Positions 44,973 to 48,601 of a stretch of 48,601 nt of DNA are shown here, piece by piece (the first letter of the stretch is position 1; each line of letters begins with the position of its first letter). The translations under genes were made by a program, and so were the position numbers. The DNA comes from Cyanophora paradoxa CCMP329 (lineage: Eukaryota > Plantae > Glaucophyta), in contig QPMI01000149.1 in NCBI GenBank assembly GCA_004431415.1, positions 1-48,601 on the forward strand, read 5' to 3'. The notes under the pieces were generated by a model. It searched no databases, was not told the origin of the DNA, and saw only the letters and a list, made by a program, of their open reading frames with translations.

Positions 44973-47900
44973 TCAGGCGGGGACGGGGCTGGCGACGGGG
45001 GACAGGGATGCGCCGGAGGTCTCGGAGGGGGCCCGCCGCGGCTCCTCCTTGAACGATATGGTGGAGCCTGCGCCGCCCGGTGAGAGGAGGGGCGAGGGGG
45101 GGCGCCGGGGCGCGCACCCCGCTTGCTGCTGTGGCGGCGGCTGCCGCGGCCGCTGACGGCGCCGCCGCCCGCGACGGCCGCGGCGAGCAGCTCGGCCTCC
45201 TTCGGCCCGAACGCCCCGCCGCGCCGGCGGCGCCGAGCCCCGCGGCGGGGCCCCGGGCCCGGCGGGGGCGCGCTCCGGGCGGGCGGGGGCGCGTCGGGCG
45301 GGCAGGCGCCCATGCGCCCGAAGAGGCCGTCGGCGACGCGGAGGGCCTTGGAGCGCTCGGCGGGGTCCCCGAGAGGTGCCCGAGGCGCCACAGCGCGAGG
45401 GCCTCCACGTGGCGGGCCCCCAGCGCCGCCGCGGCGTCGGCGGCGCGGCGGAAGAGGGCGGCGGCGGCGGGGGCGGGGCGGCCGAGGGCGGCGGCCATGC
45501 GGCCGTGGGCGTAGAGGGCGTAGGGCCGGAGCAGCGAGTCGCGGCCGCCGCGGCGGGCGAAGGCGGCGAGGAGGGCGACGCACTCGCGGAGCGCGGCGGG
45601 GGCGTCGAGGCGGGGCGGGGCCCGGGGCCGGCCTCGAGGTCGGGGGAGGAGGCGCGGGAGCGGGAGGACTGGCGGGAGCGGGCGGAGCGGAGGGAGCGGC
45701 GCGACTCCGAGCGGAAGGAGCGCACCGAGCGGAGGGCGCGGCGGACGTCCGCCGTGGGGTCCCCCGCCGTCGCCCCCTCCGACGCCCCCTGCGCGCGGGG
45801 CCCGCGGGTCAGGCCCGCCTCGCCCGGGCGGGGGGCGGGGCCTCGTCGGACCTTGTCGCGGTCGCCGTCGGCGGCGAGCATGGAGACGAGCTCCACGTGC
45901 AGCGTCCCGAAGCTCGCCGAGAGCCGCTTCGAGCTCCGCGGCTGCGAGGGCAGCCGCGCCCCGGGCCCCGGCCCGCTCCCCTCCGCCTCCGACGCCCCCG
46001 CCCCCGCCCCCGCCCCGCCGGCCCCGCCGCCGGCGTTGAGGGCGGGGGGGTGGCCCGCCGTCGGCGACGCGGGGTTCTTCTGGGGCCGCAGCGGCGGGCT
46101 CTGACGTCGCCGAGTGAGACCAGCCCGCCCCACCTCAAAGGCGGCCGGGGGCGGGGGCCCGACCTCGGGGGTGACGGCGGAGAAGCGGCGGGCGATGACG
46201 GAGAGGATGCTCGAGCGCTTGCGCGAGGACGAGGCGAGCAGGATCGCCGGGAGCTCCCCTGCCGCCCGGCACGCTCGGAGGCCGAAGCGAAGCGAAGGGA
46301 AGGGAAGGGAAGGGAAGGGAAGGGGCACCGTTGGCGACGATGGAGGAGGCGACGATGTCGGCGAGGAGGTCGGCGAGGAGGAAGACGGGCTGCAGCACCG
46401 CCCCCAGCGCGATCACCTGCGCGCCGGCCCTGAGCGCGAGCTCGCGGGGCGCGGGGGCGGGGGCGGGGGCGGGGCGCACGCGGCCGAAGCCGCGGGCGGA
46501 ACGGTGACGGTGCAGGTCCGCCATCGCCCGGATCGCCTCCCGCACCGCCTCCTGCCCGCCCCGCCCCCGTCAGAGCACGCGGGGCGGCGGGGGCGGGGGC
46601 GGGGGCGGGGCGCGCCGGCTTCTCGCCGCGGGTCCAGCGCGCGCAGGCGCGGACGGCGTGCAGGTAGAGCTCGGCCGTCTGCGGCGCGGCGCGGTGAGGG
46701 GCGGGCGGGCGGGGGCGAAGGAGGGGGAAGAGCAAGGCGGACGGGGAGCTGGGCGGTGCCGTCGGGGAGGGCGCGCTTCGCCTCGGAGACGCACGCGTCG
46801 ACCGCCTCCGAGCAGTCCCCCCGCTGCACCAGCGTCGCCGCCCGCCCCAGCAGCCTGCCCGCCCCGCGTCAGCCGCGCCGGCCGGGGCGGTGTGGGGCGA
46901 GCGGCGCACCCCCAGACGAGGTGGAGGCGGTTGGAGGTCTGCGGGGCACCCCGTCAGGCGCGCCTCTCGCGAAGAAGAGAGGGCGGGGCCGGGGGCGGGG
47001 GCGGGGCTGCCTTGCGGGCGGTGTCGACGACGGCGAGGTAGGCGGCGTCGGCCTCGTCGAAGGCGCCCCGCGCGTGCGCCGCCAGCGGCAGCAGCGACTC
47101 CAGCTCCGACGCGTGCCTGCCGGGGGCCACCCCGCCTCAGCGCGGGGCGGGGGAGCCGGGGCGGGCGGGGCGGGCGCGCCGGAACTGCTGCTTGGAGCGG
47201 AGCTCCTCGGCGGCGACGCGGCAGAGGACCTCCGCCTCAGGCAGCTCCCCTGCGCGCCCCCGGCCCGCCGGGCTGAGGCGGGCACGCTTGGAGGGCGGTT
47301 CGAGGCTCGAGGCGCACCGGCCTCGATGAGCTGGCGGGCCTGGGCGACAAGGAGGAAGCCCAGCGCGCCCCGCCCCGCCTCCGTGTCCGCGATCTGCCGG
47401 CGAGGAGTGAGGCGGGGCGGGGCGGGGGCGCTGCGGGGCGTGGCGGACCTCGGCGGCGCGGGCGAGCCAGGGCCCGCCGCGGCGGCGGAGGGGCCCGAGG
47501 GGCAGGGTCTCGAGGGCGTGGGCGACGAGGGTGCAGCCCTCGGCGAACTCGCACGAGCTCGGGTCCCCCGCCGTCACGTGCGCCGTCAGCGCCGCGCAGT
47601 GCAGCGCGCGCAGCCAGTCCCCCGTCTGGTGCGCCAGGCCGCTGTACAGCATCAGCGCCTGCGCCGTCAGCGCGCACAGCTCCCTGCCGCGGGCGTCAGA
47701 GGCGGAGGGGAAGGAGAAAGGGCGGGGGCGGGGGCGCGCCGGTGGAGCTCGGGGCCGGCGGGGGCGGCGCGGGGCGAGGCGGCGTCGCGGAGGGGCCGGA
47801 TGGAGCGGGTGGGGCGCTGGGCGGGGCCCTCGGAGCGGACCGGGGGGCCGCGGAGGGCGAGGCGGAGGAGGCGGGCGGCGAGGGAGAGGGACGGGACGTC

Positions 47901-48601
47901 GCCCTCGGGCGCCGGCGTCCCCAGCAGCGCCAGGCACGCGTGCAGCGTCTGCGCAGAGCCGAGCCGGTCAGACGCTTCCTTCATCCCTCTCGCCCTCTCG
48001 GGCGCACGGTGCGGAGGTCAGAGAGGTGGCCGAGGGCGCCCTGCGCGTGGGCCATCGTCACGAGGCGCCGCGCCCGCTCGACCACCGCCACCCGCCGCTC
48101 CTCCTCCGGCTCCTCCCACTCCTCCTCCGCCCCCGCGCCCGCCCCCCTGCCCCTGCCCCGAGGCCCGTCTCAGGCGCCCCCTCGCGCTTCGGCACGATGC
48201 ATGCGCGCCGCACCGCCGGCAGCGGAAGGCGCGGGCGAGGGCCGAGGGGCGCGCCGCCGGCTTTGTGGGGCCGCGCAGGGGCTCGGGGGGCGGGATGAGC
48301 GCGAGGCTCTGCGCCGCGCCGCCCCCTCAGCGAGGGGATGGCAGGAGTGGAGGAAAGGGAAGGGGCGAGCCTGGCGGGAGATGTCGACGGTCTCGGCGTA
48401 GGCGCCGGCCTCGAGGGCCTCGGCCGCCGCGATGTCGAAGTACGCCACCGCCCGCAGCCGCTCCCCGCACTGCAGCGGCAGGCCCTGTCAGCGGCGCCGG
48501 GGCGGGGGGGCGGGGCGGGGCGGGGGCGGGGCCTGGAGGAGGTGGTAGGAGAGGAGGTTGGCGAGGGCGCCCCGCCGCGAGGGCGTCGCCCGCGCCTCCA
48601 G
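44973..48601 (-). CDS. 3' part of a large helical-repeat (TPR-like) protein resembling the C-terminal region of STAND ATPase / ADCY10-like proteins
   Basis: LLSYHL..RAVAYFDIAAAEALEAGAYAETV..Q pattern, then many Ala/Leu-rich helical exons. 5' part lies beyond the window. Confidence 0.55.

Noticed and set aside
7263-48601. Most long Pro/Arg/Ala/Gly-rich ORFs in the six-frame track
   Set aside because: Artefacts of high GC, intron read-through and antisense frames; the real proteins emerge only after splicing.

Overview
Eukaryotic nuclear DNA with two compartments. (1) About 1-7060 is a lower-GC, densely packed, essentially intron-less virus-like element, truncated at the window start. It holds a frameshifted FN3-repeat plus glycine-rich fibre-like gene, two paralogous beta-rich putative virion proteins, an HNH endonuclease, two orphan ORFs and three telomere-like (CCCAAGT)n arrays; two of the arrays form an inverted-repeat cassette. 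No polymerase, integrase or packaging ATPase is visible in the window. (2) About 7060-48601 is very GC-rich host chromosome with many short (about 50-100 nt) introns, a large share apparently with GC donors. Host genes read by manual splicing: a gene built from tandem exon-intron units, a CAMK-type kinase with a large insert, a TKL kinase with a STAT-type SH2 domain, a plastid-targeted membrane protein, a 54-aa microprotein, a mitochondrial carrier, SCYL1, a TIR-UBA fusion, TTC1, an FkbM methyltransferase, a TRIM37-like RING-Bbox-Bbox-CC-MATH protein, an HMG-like protein, a CMD/AhpD protein, a coiled-coil protein and the 3' part of a helical STAND/TPR-like protein. Phe-start transit peptides suggest a glaucophyte-like alga such as Cyanophora (inference). 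All calls are by eye, with no database searches; GC contrasts are visual estimates and exon boundaries are approximate.
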